A stretch of DNA of 64,000 nucleotides from an uncultured Candidatus Saccharibacteria bacterium (GCA_964634305.1 CAZWLE010000004.1:35059-99058), one strand, 5' to 3'. Counted from the first letter of the stretch, positions 19,437 to 28,950 are shown. The notes: generated by a model from the sequence alone, not told the origin. Numbers and translations are program-made.

Positions 19437-19467
19437 AAAACCACCGCCCAAAAGGCGGTGGTTTTGT
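19435..19467. terminator. Bidirectional intrinsic terminator (ncRNA / pilB)
   Basis: ACAAAACCACCGCC-caaaa-GGCGGTGGTTTTGT. Confidence 0.8.
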
Positions 19468-19492
19468 ATGCACTAAGGTGTGTAGGTGCTGT

Positions 19493-21133
19493 TTATAGCT
19501 CGACAACGCGCTTCAATTCATCAAGGGTTGTAACGCCAGCAAGTACTTTGAGGACGCCGTCCTGTGCCATGGTGAGGTACCCCTGACGGAGCACATGCTT
19601 TGCAATATCGCTTTCAGCCGGATTATCACGCAAGAAGGCACCGAGCTCGTCGTCCATGAAAATTGCTTCGTGTACACCGGTGCGTCCTTTGTAGTCGCCC
19701 TCGTAGACGGTGTCGTAGGACGCAGGAAGAAGGGACGTATCGGTACAGGTGCTCATGATGCCTTCCATGAGTTTCTTTTCTTCAGCCGTTGCCTTACGTG
19801 CTTTCTTCGTCTCTGGATTAAGGGTACGTACCAGGCGCTGTGCCATAGCAACGGAGATGGATGACGCAAAGGTTTTTGGATCGACACCGAGGTCAATCAA
19901 CCGAGGGAAGCTACCTGCTGCGTTATTAGTGTGGAGCGTCGAGAATACAAAGTGACCAGTGAGTGCTGCCTGGGTTGCGACCTCAGCCACTTCTTTATCA
20001 CGTATCTCACCAACAAGAATCACATCAGGGTCTTGGCGGAGAATAGAACGAAGACCAGAGGCGAAGGTGTAGTCCTTATGGTCGACCTGGGTCTGCACGA
20101 TGCCTGGAAGGTGATACTCAATTGGGTCTTCAATCGTGACGATTTTGATATCAGGCGTCTGAAGTTCTCGAAGGAAGGTGTAAAGAGTCGTGGTCTTTCC
20201 TGAACCGGTAGGACCGGTCGTGAGCAACATACCGTTTGGCTTACGAATCTCGGTGCGCAACCGCTCCAATAGTTTCGGATTAAACCCAGCCGACTCCGAC
20301 GTGCGATTGATTGCTTCAGGGTCGAGAATACGGAGCACAATCGCTTCACCATAGTTACCGGGAATTACTGAGGTACGTACTTCTACTTCGGTACCTTGTA
20401 CCGCAATCGTGAAGCGACCGTCTTGTGCGCGATTCTCGACGTTCAGCTTCAGTCCGGAAAGAAGCTTCACGCGAGAGTTGAGGGAACGATACGTCTTTGG
20501 GTCAAATACATACGCATCAGTGAGTAGACCATCAAGACGAAGACGCAGTTTTACCGCATGCTCTTCTGGTTCGACATGGATGTCTGAGGCATTCATTGAA
20601 AGTGCCGCCGCAATAATCGATTCAAAGATGCGGGAGACTTGTGCGAGCTTTCCACTTGCGAGCACCTCATCGAGATGTGCCTTCAAACTCTCAAGATTTG
20701 AGAACTCCTGTTCAAGTTCAGCGAGATTTTCACCGGAAATATCAAACACGCCTTCGGCGGAGACGTGCGCATAGGAGAGGTCAGCGTACCGGTCGAGCGC
20801 ATGCTTAAGGCTTTGCGCGGACACCAGATGCTTTTCGAGCGTGAATCCCCGTCCTTCAAGTTCGCTAAGCACGGTAGCAAGTGCAGGGTTCTGTGGGTTA
20901 TGGAGCGCAATCGAGAGTTTCTTTGATGCTTTATCAAACACCGCCATTTCTGCTTCGCGAGCTTTTGCTTCAGGCACAAGACGCAGTGCGTCCATGTTCA
21001 CTGGGGTGAGCGAAAGGTCGGCGTACGCAAGACCATGACGCTTCGAGAGAATTTGTGCGAGGTCTTCCTCTTCCTTAGCGCGGAGCGCGGCAAGCTTGGC
21101 GTTTTCCGCGTCCGTATCAAAATGCGCAGGCAT
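19493..21133 (-). CDS. pilB: Type IV pilus / T2SS assembly ATPase PilB/GspE
   Basis: ASDIHVEP, R.DG.L, QDGRF, GPTGSGKTTTLY, TIEDPIEY, LRQDPDVILVGEIRD, TGH.VFSTLHTN. Confidence 0.93.
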   Translation of the reverse strand: MPAHFDTDAENAKLAALRAKEEEDLAQILSKRHGLAYADLSLTPVNMDALRLVPEAKAREAEMAVFDKASKKLSIALHNPQNPALATVLSELEGRGFTLEKHLVSAQSLKHALDRYADLSYAHVSAEGVFDISGENLAELEQEFSNLESLKAHLDEVLASGKLAQVSRIFESIIAAALSMNASDIHVEPEEHAVKLRLRLDGLLTDAYVFDPKTYRSLNSRVKLLSGLKLNVENRAQDGRFTIAVQGTEVEVRTSVIPGNYGEAIVLRILDPEAINRTSESAGFNPKLLERLRTEIRKPNGMLLTTGPTGSGKTTTLYTFLRELQTPDIKIVTIEDPIEYHLPGIVQTQVDHKDYTFASGLRSILRQDPDVILVGEIRDKEVAEVATQAALTGHFVFSTLHTNNAAGSFPRLIDLGVDPKTFASSISVAMAQRLVRTLNPETKKARKATAEEKKLMEGIMSTCTDTSLLPASYDTVYEGDYKGRTGVHEAIFMDDELGAFLRDNPAESDIAKHVLRQGYLTMAQDGVLKVLAGVTTLDELKRVVEL

Positions 21134-21189
21134 GCGGGCATGATAGCACCGAGGGAGCGTGCCTTGAGGCAGATTGGTACAATGGAGGT

Positions 21190-21624
21190 ATGGACCGCCT
21201 CATACACAACCTTTCAGAACTTGAGGCAGAAGCCGTGGCACTCCTCGGACGTCTCGCGCCAAAGGCAGAGGGTGCGACCCTCATTACGCTCTCGGGTGAG
21301 CTTGGGGCAGGGAAGACGGCGTTTGCACGCGCCGTTGCCAAAGCGCTGGGTATTGAAGAGAACGTCACGAGCCCTACGTTTGTGCTCGAGAAAATCTACA
21401 AAATAGCGGAGGGCGGCTTTGAGCGTCTCGCACACATTGATGCGTATCGCTTGAAGGACGGCTCAGAACTTGCCGCGCTTGGATTTGATGAGCTCATGAG
21501 TGACCCAAAGACACTCGTGCTCCTTGAGTGGCCAGAACAAGTAGCTGACGGTCTCCCGACTGCAGACGTCGCGCTTCGTCTTGAGCCGCAAGACGACGAG
21601 TCACGCAAACTCACCTATGCCTAA
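21190..21624 (+). CDS. tsaE: tRNA threonylcarbamoyladenosine biosynthesis ATPase TsaE
   Basis: LSGELGAGKT, VTSPTF, HIDAYRL, EW. Confidence 0.96.
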   Translation: MDRLIHNLSELEAEAVALLGRLAPKAEGATLITLSGELGAGKTAFARAVAKALGIEENVTSPTFVLEKIYKIAEGGFERLAHIDAYRLKDGSELAALGFDELMSDPKTLVLLEWPEQVADGLPTADVALRLEPQDDESRKLTYA

Positions 21625-24004
21625 GACTCCGAAGAAAACACTGATTCTCCTTGATGCGCACGCGATTATTCATCGTGCGTACCATGCGCTCCCTGACTTC
21701 ACCTCACCAAAAGGAGAGCCAACCGGCGCACTCTATGGTCTCTCGTCGATGCTCCTGCGACTCATTAAAGATTTTGAACCGGACTACATCGCTGCGTGTT
21801 ACGACCTTCCCGGTCCAACCGTGCGTCATGAGGCGTACAAGGAGTACAAAGCAACGAGACAAAAACTCGAAGACGCGCTGACCGTACAGCTCGATTCTTC
21901 TCGGAGGGTATTCGAAGCCTTTTCTATTCCAATCTATGACCGTGCAGGATTTGAGGCGGACGACATTCTCGGCACTATCGTCGAGAAGATGAAAGACGAA
22001 AAGGATATCGATGTCATCATCGCGTCGGGTGACATGGACACGCTCCAGCTCGTCGACGACAAACACGTAAAGGTCTACACTCTCAAAAAGGGCCTCAACG
22101 ACACCATCCTCTATGACGCAAAAGCGGTAGAAGCACGGTGGGGTTTCCCACCGGAACTCATCCCTGACTACAAAGGCCTTCGTGGTGACCCGTCCGACAA
22201 TATAAAAGGAGTGCCAGGCATTGGAGAGAAGACCGCTACCGACCTTATTACCGCCTTCGGGTCTCTTGAGGATATCTACAAAGCACTCAAAAAAGACGAA
22301 CAGAAACTCCTTGATAAGGGAATCAAGGCACGCATCATCGGTCTTCTGAAAGAACACGAGGAAGACGCACGTTTTTCAAAGACGCTCGCTACCATTCGTC
22401 GTGACGCACCGATAGCGTTTCGGGTGTCTGATACGGCATGGAAAGAAAGCGCACCAAAAGACACCGTGCTGCCGCTTTTTGATGAGCTTGGATTCCGTAC
22501 GTTAAAGCCACGTGCGCTCGCATTGTTTGGTGGCATGGACGAAGAGGGAAGCGAGGAAGAGGGAGAAGAAAAAGAACTCGACGATACGCCCATCCCTGCA
22601 CAACGGTTTCGTGAAGCGCAGGTCATGCTCTGGTTGCTGCATTCCGATTTCACCAACCCATCGCTCGATGATGTTCTTGCATACGCAGGCGTGCAGGATT
22701 TTGAAGAGGCGTATACGTATCTTGAATCAAAACTGCCTGAAGCGGGACGCGTGAAAGACGTCTACTACGATATTGAAAAGCCGCTCGTGCCGGTGCTCAT
22801 GGAAATGGAAGAGCATGGCGTGAAGGTAGACCGAAAAGCCATTCTTGGCCTTGAGAAAAAATACCGTAAAGAACTTGAAGCGATTGCGGCGCGCGTCTAC
22901 GAAATGGCAGGGAAGGAGTTCAACATCTCATCGCCTAAGCAGCTTGGCGAAGTATTGTTTGATGACCTTGGTCTTGGGGTGAAAGGACAAAAGAAAACCT
23001 CAACCGGTCAGCGCTCGACGCGTGAAAGCGAACTCGAGAAACTCCGCGACCAGAGCCCCATCATCGACGACATCCTTGAGTACCGTGAGGTACAGAAACT
23101 CCTTGGTACCTATATCGAGGCCATTCCACCGCTTCTTGATGAGGATGACCGGCTGCACGCTGAGTTTATTCAGTCCGGCACTACCACGGGACGCATGGCG
23201 AGTGCCAACCCCAACCTTCAGAACATCCCGATTCGTACCGAGCGCGGAAGAAAGATTCGTGACGCTATTATCGCCTCCGAGGGATTTTCACTCGTTGCGT
23301 TGGATTATTCGCAGATAGAGCTACGTCTTGCGGCGCTGCTTTCAAAGGATGAAAAACTCTGTGACATTTTCAAAAACGGGCGAGATGTTCATACCGAAGT
23401 AGCATCGCGCGTCTTTAAGGTGCCTCCAGAAAAAGTAGATGCCGAGATGCGTCGCCGCGCAAAAGCCATCAACTTCGGCATCCTCTACGGTATGGGCGTG
23501 AACTCGCTGAAGACGTCACTTGGTACCACGATAGGGGAGGCGCATCAGTTCTACGATGAGTATTTCAATACGTTCACGACACTCGCCGCATACCTTGAGT
23601 CGACGAAAGGCTTTGCTCGTAAACACGGATACACCGAAACCTTGTTTGGCCGCCGCCGCCAATTCCCAGAGATGAAATCACCGCTTCCGTATGTGCGTGC
23701 ACAGGCAGAACGCATGGCTATTAATGCGCCGATGCAGGGCACCCAGTCAGACATTATTAAACTCGCCATGGTGAAGATAGAGACGATGCTCAAAGAACGT
23801 GGCGCGCGTGATGATGCGCATCTTTTATTGCAGATACACGACGAGCTCGTCTATGAAATACGCGAAGCACGCGTCAAAGAGCTTGCACCAGAAATTGAGC
23901 GCATCATGGAATCCATTCTGACGACTGAAGAAACAAACGGCGTACCGATAATCGCAGAGGCACGCGTCGGAAAGAACTGGGGCGAGATGCAAAAATTGTC
24001 ATAA
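21617..24004 (+). CDS. polA: DNA polymerase I (5'-3' exonuclease + polymerase, reduced central domain)
   Basis: LLDAHA..HRAYHA, FEADD, GDPSDNIKGVPGIGEKTA, TGRM.S.NPNLQNIP, DYSQIELR, AKAINFGILYG, QIHDEL. Confidence 0.97.
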   Translation: MPKTPKKTLILLDAHAIIHRAYHALPDFTSPKGEPTGALYGLSSMLLRLIKDFEPDYIAACYDLPGPTVRHEAYKEYKATRQKLEDALTVQLDSSRRVFEAFSIPIYDRAGFEADDILGTIVEKMKDEKDIDVIIASGDMDTLQLVDDKHVKVYTLKKGLNDTILYDAKAVEARWGFPPELIPDYKGLRGDPSDNIKGVPGIGEKTATDLITAFGSLEDIYKALKKDEQKLLDKGIKARIIGLLKEHEEDARFSKTLATIRRDAPIAFRVSDTAWKESAPKDTVLPLFDELGFRTLKPRALALFGGMDEEGSEEEGEEKELDDTPIPAQRFREAQVMLWLLHSDFTNPSLDDVLAYAGVQDFEEAYTYLESKLPEAGRVKDVYYDIEKPLVPVLMEMEEHGVKVDRKAILGLEKKYRKELEAIAARVYEMAGKEFNISSPKQLGEVLFDDLGLGVKGQKKTSTGQRSTRESELEKLRDQSPIIDDILEYREVQKLLGTYIEAIPPLLDEDDRLHAEFIQSGTTTGRMASANPNLQNIPIRTERGRKIRDAIIASEGFSLVALDYSQIELRLAALLSKDEKLCDIFKNGRDVHTEVASRVFKVPPEKVDAEMRRRAKAINFGILYGMGVNSLKTSLGTTIGEAHQFYDEYFNTFTTLAAYLESTKGFARKHGYTETLFGRRRQFPEMKSPLPYVRAQAERMAINAPMQGTQSDIIKLAMVKIETMLKERGARDDAHLLLQIHDELVYEIREARVKELAPEIERIMESILTTEETNGVPIIAEARVGKNWGEMQKLS

Positions 24005-24031
24005 CGTATATAGTGCGCTCGGGAGGCTCTC

Positions 24032-24250
24032 ATGGGCGAACTCGTTAACCTTGCGGTTGCACGCAAGAAGAAAGTAGATGCGCAAGCGCTCGTCGTTCAA
24101 CCCACTGTTGTACAGTGGACGCAACGAGACGAAGTGCTCAGCACCATCTTCTGGTGTGGAGTATTCGTTGGCTTCGTCGTGTGCGCGGTAGTTGGCTTCG
24201 TGGTCATCGTGGTTGCGGGATACCGGTTCGTCGAATCGTTGTTTTCGTAG
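24032..24250 (+). CDS. Small single-TM orphan protein
   Basis: 72 aa; TATAGT, GGGAGG SD, C-terminal hydrophobic helix, downstream hairpin. Confidence 0.6.
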   Translation: MGELVNLAVARKKKVDAQALVVQPTVVQWTQRDEVLSTIFWCGVFVGFVVCAVVGFVVIVVAGYRFVESLFS

Positions 24251-24281
24251 CCTTCATCGACCCGTACGGTCTGACAACGTA

Positions 24282-24308
24282 AAGCGCCCCTTCGGGGGCG
24301 CTTCTTGT
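24282..24308 (+). terminator. Intrinsic terminator
   Basis: AAGCGCCCC-ttcg-GGGGCGCTT-cttgt. Confidence 0.7.
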
Positions 24309-24327
24309 ATTTGATACACTGACCGCG

Positions 24328-24981
24328 ATGATATATCTCTTCGCTGGGACCGATGTTGCGAAGACACGCGCAAAAGCGTTCGCGTGGGTGGCGGCTGCAC
24401 GTGCCAAGGCACCTGACGCACCGTATCTCCGTCTCTCTGCCGATGAGATTTCAGAGGAATCTCTTGCAGAAGCCATGGGGTCACAGGGACTCTTCTTTAA
24501 AAAAGCACTCGTATTGCTTGATGACCCGTTTTCAGAGAGTGCTGCCGGAGAAACCGTTATGGCCGTACTTCCTATGCTTGCGGAGAGTGAGAACCCGATA
24601 GCCATTCTTGCGCCAAAGCTTCTTGCGACACGTCAAAAGAAGATTGAAGCAAAAGCGGACAAAGTATTCATACATGACCTTAAGGAGAAAAAACCGGTAC
24701 GCGGATTTAATGGTGCACTCGTGAACGCGCTTGGCGCAAAAGACGGCGCAGCACTTTGGAAAGAGCTACAGAAAGCGTATCGAGAAGGAGACGCTCCAGA
24801 AGCCGTGCATGGTCTCTTACATTGGAAGGCGCGCGACATGATGCAGAAGGGAAGTCCGAAGTGGGGCAAAGACGGTGCGCGAGCACTCTCGGTGTCTCTT
24901 ATCGAACTACTCTCTGATGCACGCAGTGGCGATTTACCACTCAAAGAATCACTTGAGCGATTCGCGCTCTACCTTAAATAA
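24328..24981 (+). CDS. holA: DNA polymerase III delta subunit-like (short HolA)
   Basis: MIYLF.G.D, S.GLFF.K.LV.L; C-terminal collar helix ending LERF.L.L. Confidence 0.65.
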   Translation: MIYLFAGTDVAKTRAKAFAWVAAARAKAPDAPYLRLSADEISEESLAEAMGSQGLFFKKALVLLDDPFSESAAGETVMAVLPMLAESENPIAILAPKLLATRQKKIEAKADKVFIHDLKEKKPVRGFNGALVNALGAKDGAALWKELQKAYREGDAPEAVHGLLHWKARDMMQKGSPKWGKDGARALSVSLIELLSDARSGDLPLKESLERFALYLK

Positions 24982-25028
24982 CGAGCACCTCTGCTTCGCG
25001 GGGAGGCAGAGGTGCAGGGTAAGGTCGG

Positions 25029-25694
25029 TCAGAGTTCGAGAATCTCGGCGATGGTGTAGCGCCGATGCTCAAGCGTACGACCGTTAAGACGTTCGAGGAG
25101 CTGTTGAGCTCCGTCGACATACGGACCGTCCCCGTTCACTTTCACGTTAATCTCAAGAGAGATGCCGAGATTGCCGCGAAAGGTGAGCCAGTGATAGCCG
25201 TGGCGACGCACCCATGACTCTGGGACACCGCGTGCCACTTGCTCGGGCGGATGCCGCAGGCTGCGTATCTCGTGTGAGAGACCAACAACATCGGCCATCT
25301 TTTGCGCCGTGGCCGGTACTGTCTTTTTAGCCGGCTGATGCGACTCCATAAGCGTCGCCGTCATACCGACACCCTTAAGAGCGGCGGCGAGTGTGGGCAG
25401 CTGCTCAAGCAAGACGGCTACCGGAAGCGCCAGGTTTGTAGCTTCGATGAGTGGGAAGGTGAGCGTTTCTGGTAGACGCCATTCGAGACCGCTCGATGCT
25501 TGAATGAAGGGCGTCCCAGAGGATGCACACCAGTCCATAGCATCAGTAAGGTGCTCTCCACTGCCTGCATGAATAAGCGCCGTGTAAGTGCCCTCAATAT
25601 CTTCGAGTGTAGAAACGTCGACACGTCCGTCAAAGTGAGCCCTGAGGCTTTGGGCAAGTCGACCGGAGCCGACCAGAACTGTGCGAAGGGACAT
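25029..25694 (-). CDS. Dihydrodipicolinate reductase-like (DapB family, divergent)
   Basis: Rossmann VLVGSGRLA, NLALP, ESHQ..KK...TA, HGYH, V.G...Y.DG. Confidence 0.65.
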   Translation of the reverse strand: MSLRTVLVGSGRLAQSLRAHFDGRVDVSTLEDIEGTYTALIHAGSGEHLTDAMDWCASSGTPFIQASSGLEWRLPETLTFPLIEATNLALPVAVLLEQLPTLAAALKGVGMTATLMESHQPAKKTVPATAQKMADVVGLSHEIRSLRHPPEQVARGVPESWVRRHGYHWLTFRGNLGISLEINVKVNGDGPYVDGAQQLLERLNGRTLEHRRYTIAEILEL

Positions 25695-25793
25695 TGCAAT
25701 TCCTCTGCTATTGCGTAGGGAATACTACGTGGTGCCCTCTAACATGCAACTCTCCGTAGAGTTTTTGTCCGTGATTTGCTATCGTCCCTGTAC

Positions 25794-25866
25794 GCGCCCG
25801 TAGCTCAGTCGGTAGAGCAGCTCCCTTTTAAGGAGACGGTCCCTGGTTCGAGCCCAGGCGGGCGCA
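25794..25866 (+). tRNA. tRNA-Lys(TTT)
   Basis: Cloverleaf GCGCCCG/CGGGCGC, loop CTTTTAA, GGTTCGAGCCC. Confidence 0.95.
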
Positions 25867-25874
25867 CCCATTGG

Positions 25875-26771
25875 TTAGTACGAAAGAGAATCGATTACTT
25901 TCCCGTCTGCATCGAGAAGCGTGATGGTCCCGTTACTGCGTGGCCAGAGCTCCTCGCTCTTTCCAAGGAAGATGCGCCAGGTACTGCTGCGGAAGCGGTC
26001 TTCATTGCGGTGCGCCGCGACACAGCCGTTGTAATCAAGATACTCTTCAGCAAAGGCGTGGCATGCTCTCGAAGCGTTATCAGGAAGGTCTGTTTCAGAA
26101 GAGCAGTAGGGAACGGTCTGCACAAAGCGACGACAAACTTCATCATTACCATCGAAGCGACGGTCATATTCTTCCCATGCGGTAGGGCAGCTTTGCGTGA
26201 GTGCCGGACGGAAGTCCTGATTTTCTTCGAGGTATCCCGTGCACTGATTTTCACGAAATGAAATACCTATCGGTGAGCGACCGGTGACGATAATAGCTTG
26301 GTCACCAGGAGCGAGCGTTATAGGAGTGAGGGTGTTTACGCGACCTGACTGAGGAACATCTGCGCCTTGCGGGAAGGACGCGCTGCCAGAAGGACTGACC
26401 AGTTTCCATCCTGCAGTCGAAAGAGAGGTGCCACTTCGTGATGAGTAAGCAATTGTTACATACTCGCTCTTAGGGTCTGAGGCTGATGTACCTGAGATAT
26501 TGCGAGAGACCGTGACTGAGCCTGCATGGGGTGATGCATCTTTTGATGACCCATTACCAAAGAACGACACGCCGCTTGGGTTTACCCCTATCGTGCCGTT
26601 CACGCTTCCATACTGTGACGCATCACCGTACGGTTGCGCCGTTTGTCCGGGACCGGTGATGGGATTCAAGTACGGTCCAGAAAAGGAGATAGGGTTGGTC
26701 GGACCGCCGCCAACAAGCCAGAGAACGAAAAAGAGTCCCAAGATGGCGAGATAACCGACAGGGTGAAGCAT
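25875..26771 (-). CDS. Membrane-anchored lamin-tail-domain-like surface protein, Cys-rich
   Basis: N-terminal TM; EYVTI....GWKL, L.PG, ITLLDADGKVID.LSY. Confidence 0.7.
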   Translation of the reverse strand: MLHPVGYLAILGLFFVLWLVGGGPTNPISFSGPYLNPITGPGQTAQPYGDASQYGSVNGTIGVNPSGVSFFGNGSSKDASPHAGSVTVSRNISGTSASDPKSEYVTIAYSSRSGTSLSTAGWKLVSPSGSASFPQGADVPQSGRVNTLTPITLAPGDQAIIVTGRSPIGISFRENQCTGYLEENQDFRPALTQSCPTAWEEYDRRFDGNDEVCRRFVQTVPYCSSETDLPDNASRACHAFAEEYLDYNGCVAAHRNEDRFRSSTWRIFLGKSEELWPRSNGTITLLDADGKVIDSLSY

Positions 26772-26790
26772 GCGCCCATGATAGCGCGCC

Positions 26791-28044
26791 CTAGATTAGT
26801 TTTTCGAGTTCTTCGCGCACGACGTCGGCATCACTCCACGTCTCCTTCGTGCCTCCGGCGCGCATGATGTATGGGTCAGTACCTTTTCCTGAGACGAGCA
26901 CTGTATCACCAGTAGCAGCAAGGGAGAGGGCGGTACGTATCGCTTCGCGTCGATTCATGATGATGCGTGGTGCACGCTGCATACCGGCAGCCATAGCATC
27001 GACTATCGCTTTCGGGTCTTCGTCATACGGGTCTTCGTCAGTAAGGATTACTTCCGCACACGCTTCGTCAGCGATGCGTCCCATCTCTGGACGCTTCCAT
27101 GTATCGCGGCCCCCACCGGTGTTGCCAAGCACGCAGATTTTTTTACCAGGATACGCAGCATAGAGTGCGCGTAGTGAATCAGGCGTGTGCGCGTAGTCGA
27201 CGATTGCGGCAAAGTCCTGGCCGCACTCAATGCGTTCCGCGCGTCCCGGGATGCGGCTTAGTGCTTTGAGCGCTTCTGCACTCGTTGCATACGGTACGCC
27301 GAAGAACTTCGCTGCTTTTGCAGCAGCAATTGCATTCATCACGGTAAAGTCACCCGGCTGAGGCAGAGAGAACGCAACACCGTCGAGCGTGAATGCGACA
27401 CCGGTTCCTTCTGGACGAACGTTCGATGCGTCTGTGAGTGAGAAGGGAATCTGTTCTTCGACAGAGAGTGCGAGGAAGCGGCGGCCATACTCATCGTCGT
27501 TGTTTGCGACTATCGCACGCGGACGTTTTGAGGATGCGACCAACTCCTTACCAATGCGCATCTTCGCGTTGAAGTACTGCTCCATACCGCCATGACTCTC
27601 AAGATGCTCCTTTGTAAGGTTGGTGAATACCAATGTATCGAGCGAGAGGAAGAGGTGGCGTGACTGGAGTGCGTCCTCCGAGGTGAGTTCAACGACTGCG
27701 TACTCACATTTCGCTTTCACTGCGTCAGCGAGAAAGTGCTGAATGAACCCGCGACCCGGCAAGGTCATCTTGAAACGGTTTGGTGTCTCGGTACCTGCGA
27801 TACGAAAGTGAATGGTCGACGAAAGCGCCACGCGGTTACCCGCGTGTTCAAGGATGGCGGCAATCATTTCAGTTACCGATGATTTACCTTTGGTGCCGGT
27901 AACGCCAATGACGCGTAGTTTTTTCGACGGCATGCCGTATAGAGTCGCACTCTGCCACGCAAGCAGGAAATGATAGGGCGCAACGAGTGCCCGATAGACG
28001 AAGCGGGGAAGGACTGCCTCAATAGCTCGCTTGAGCGGGTCCAT
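26791..28044 (-). CDS. murE: Mur ligase MurE-type (UDP-MurNAc-tripeptide synthetase)
   Basis: GVTGTKGKSS, ELTS, FTNLT.EHL.SH, PGR.E, VDYAHTPD, G..GGGRD..KR, SGKG; start re-called at MDPLK. Confidence 0.9.
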   Translation of the reverse strand: MDPLKRAIEAVLPRFVYRALVAPYHFLLAWQSATLYGMPSKKLRVIGVTGTKGKSSVTEMIAAILEHAGNRVALSSTIHFRIAGTETPNRFKMTLPGRGFIQHFLADAVKAKCEYAVVELTSEDALQSRHLFLSLDTLVFTNLTKEHLESHGGMEQYFNAKMRIGKELVASSKRPRAIVANNDDEYGRRFLALSVEEQIPFSLTDASNVRPEGTGVAFTLDGVAFSLPQPGDFTVMNAIAAAKAAKFFGVPYATSAEALKALSRIPGRAERIECGQDFAAIVDYAHTPDSLRALYAAYPGKKICVLGNTGGGRDTWKRPEMGRIADEACAEVILTDEDPYDEDPKAIVDAMAAGMQRAPRIIMNRREAIRTALSLAATGDTVLVSGKGTDPYIMRAGGTKETWSDADVVREELEKLI

Positions 28045-28045
28045 A

Positions 28046-28594
28046 CTATTTAGCAGAAAGAGCTGCCTTAAGACGCGCATCTTTGCCAGAAACTGATGCG
28101 GGGATACGAGCAACTGCTTTGCGTGCTTCGCGCTCGGTATACCCAAGCGCTACCAGCGTATCGAATACATCCGCATCATCGTCGGACACCACCCCTTTAT
28201 CTGAGCCTATCTTCTCGCTTATCTCGACGATAATTTTCTCTGCCGACTTCTTTCCAAGACCGACGACGCGGGTAAGGTACTGAAGGTCACGCTTACCAAT
28301 GGCTGCTTCAATATTCTCGCGGGGTGCGCGACGCAGGAGTGACATGGCCGTCTTTGGTCCTATACCCGAGACCGATAGGGTAAGTTCAAAGAAGCGACGG
28401 TCTTCTGCGTCCGTAAATCCATACAGGTCGATGCCGTCCTGTTTAACGGCCATGTGGGTGAGGAGGGTAATACTCTCACCGACAGTGAACGATTCCGGGG
28501 TGGCGACGGTCGCGAGCACGCCCCAGCCAGACACATCAATCACGATGCCAGTCGGCTCAAGCGAGAGGACGGTGCCGCGGAGCGTTCGTATCAT
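28046..28594 (-). CDS. ruvA: Holliday junction DNA-binding protein RuvA
   Basis: MI..L.G, LYGF, VSGIGPKTA, GLGKKSAEKI, L.ALGY...EA. Confidence 0.96.
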   Translation of the reverse strand: MIRTLRGTVLSLEPTGIVIDVSGWGVLATVATPESFTVGESITLLTHMAVKQDGIDLYGFTDAEDRRFFELTLSVSGIGPKTAMSLLRRAPRENIEAAIGKRDLQYLTRVVGLGKKSAEKIIVEISEKIGSDKGVVSDDDADVFDTLVALGYTEREARKAVARIPASVSGKDARLKAALSAK

Positions 28595-28651
28595 GTGGGT
28601 ATCCTAGCACTCCTTGCATCTACGGGCCCTTTGCCGTACTGTAGCCCTCAC

Positions 28652-28894
28652 ATGGCAATCACTAAGTCCGCAAAGAAAGCACACCGCGCATCCCTCCGGA
28701 AGCGCGTCGTTAACGTACGCCGCGCAAAGGCCTTGAAGGAAACCACCAAGGACGCACGTAAGGAGATGACCGCCGAGTCACTTGCGAAGGCCTACCAGGC
28801 TATCGATAAGGCAGCAAAGCGCGGCATCATCAAGAAGAACGCCGCGTCTCGCAAGAAGTCACGTCTTGCAAAGGCCATCGCAAAGAAAGCCTAA
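28652..28894 (+). CDS. rpsT: 30S ribosomal protein S20
   Basis: MAITKSAKKA.R, IDKAAKRGII.KN.A.RKKSRL; promoter TTGCAT-17-TACTGT. Confidence 0.96.
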   Translation: MAITKSAKKAHRASLRKRVVNVRRAKALKETTKDARKEMTAESLAKAYQAIDKAAKRGIIKKNAASRKKSRLAKAIAKKA

Positions 28895-28900
28895 AGAAAC

Positions 28901-28932
28901 ACCGCCCCAGTTACCCGGGGCGGTTTTCGTTT
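28901..28932 (+). terminator. rpsT terminator
   Basis: ACCGCCCC-agttaccc-GGGGCGGT-tttcgttt. Confidence 0.7.
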
Positions 28933-28950
28933 AGGTGCGCAGCGAACTCG

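Noticed and set aside
19235-19444. 70-aa N-terminal extension of RuvB, and the + strand ORF 19074-19586
   Set aside because: No RuvB-like sequence; the region is better explained by a structured RNA and terminator, and a -10 precedes ATG 19234.
21184-21189. GGAGGT as an SD for tsaE
   Set aside because: It directly abuts the ATG (0 spacing) and is the spacer after TGgTACAAT, which fits a leaderless start better.
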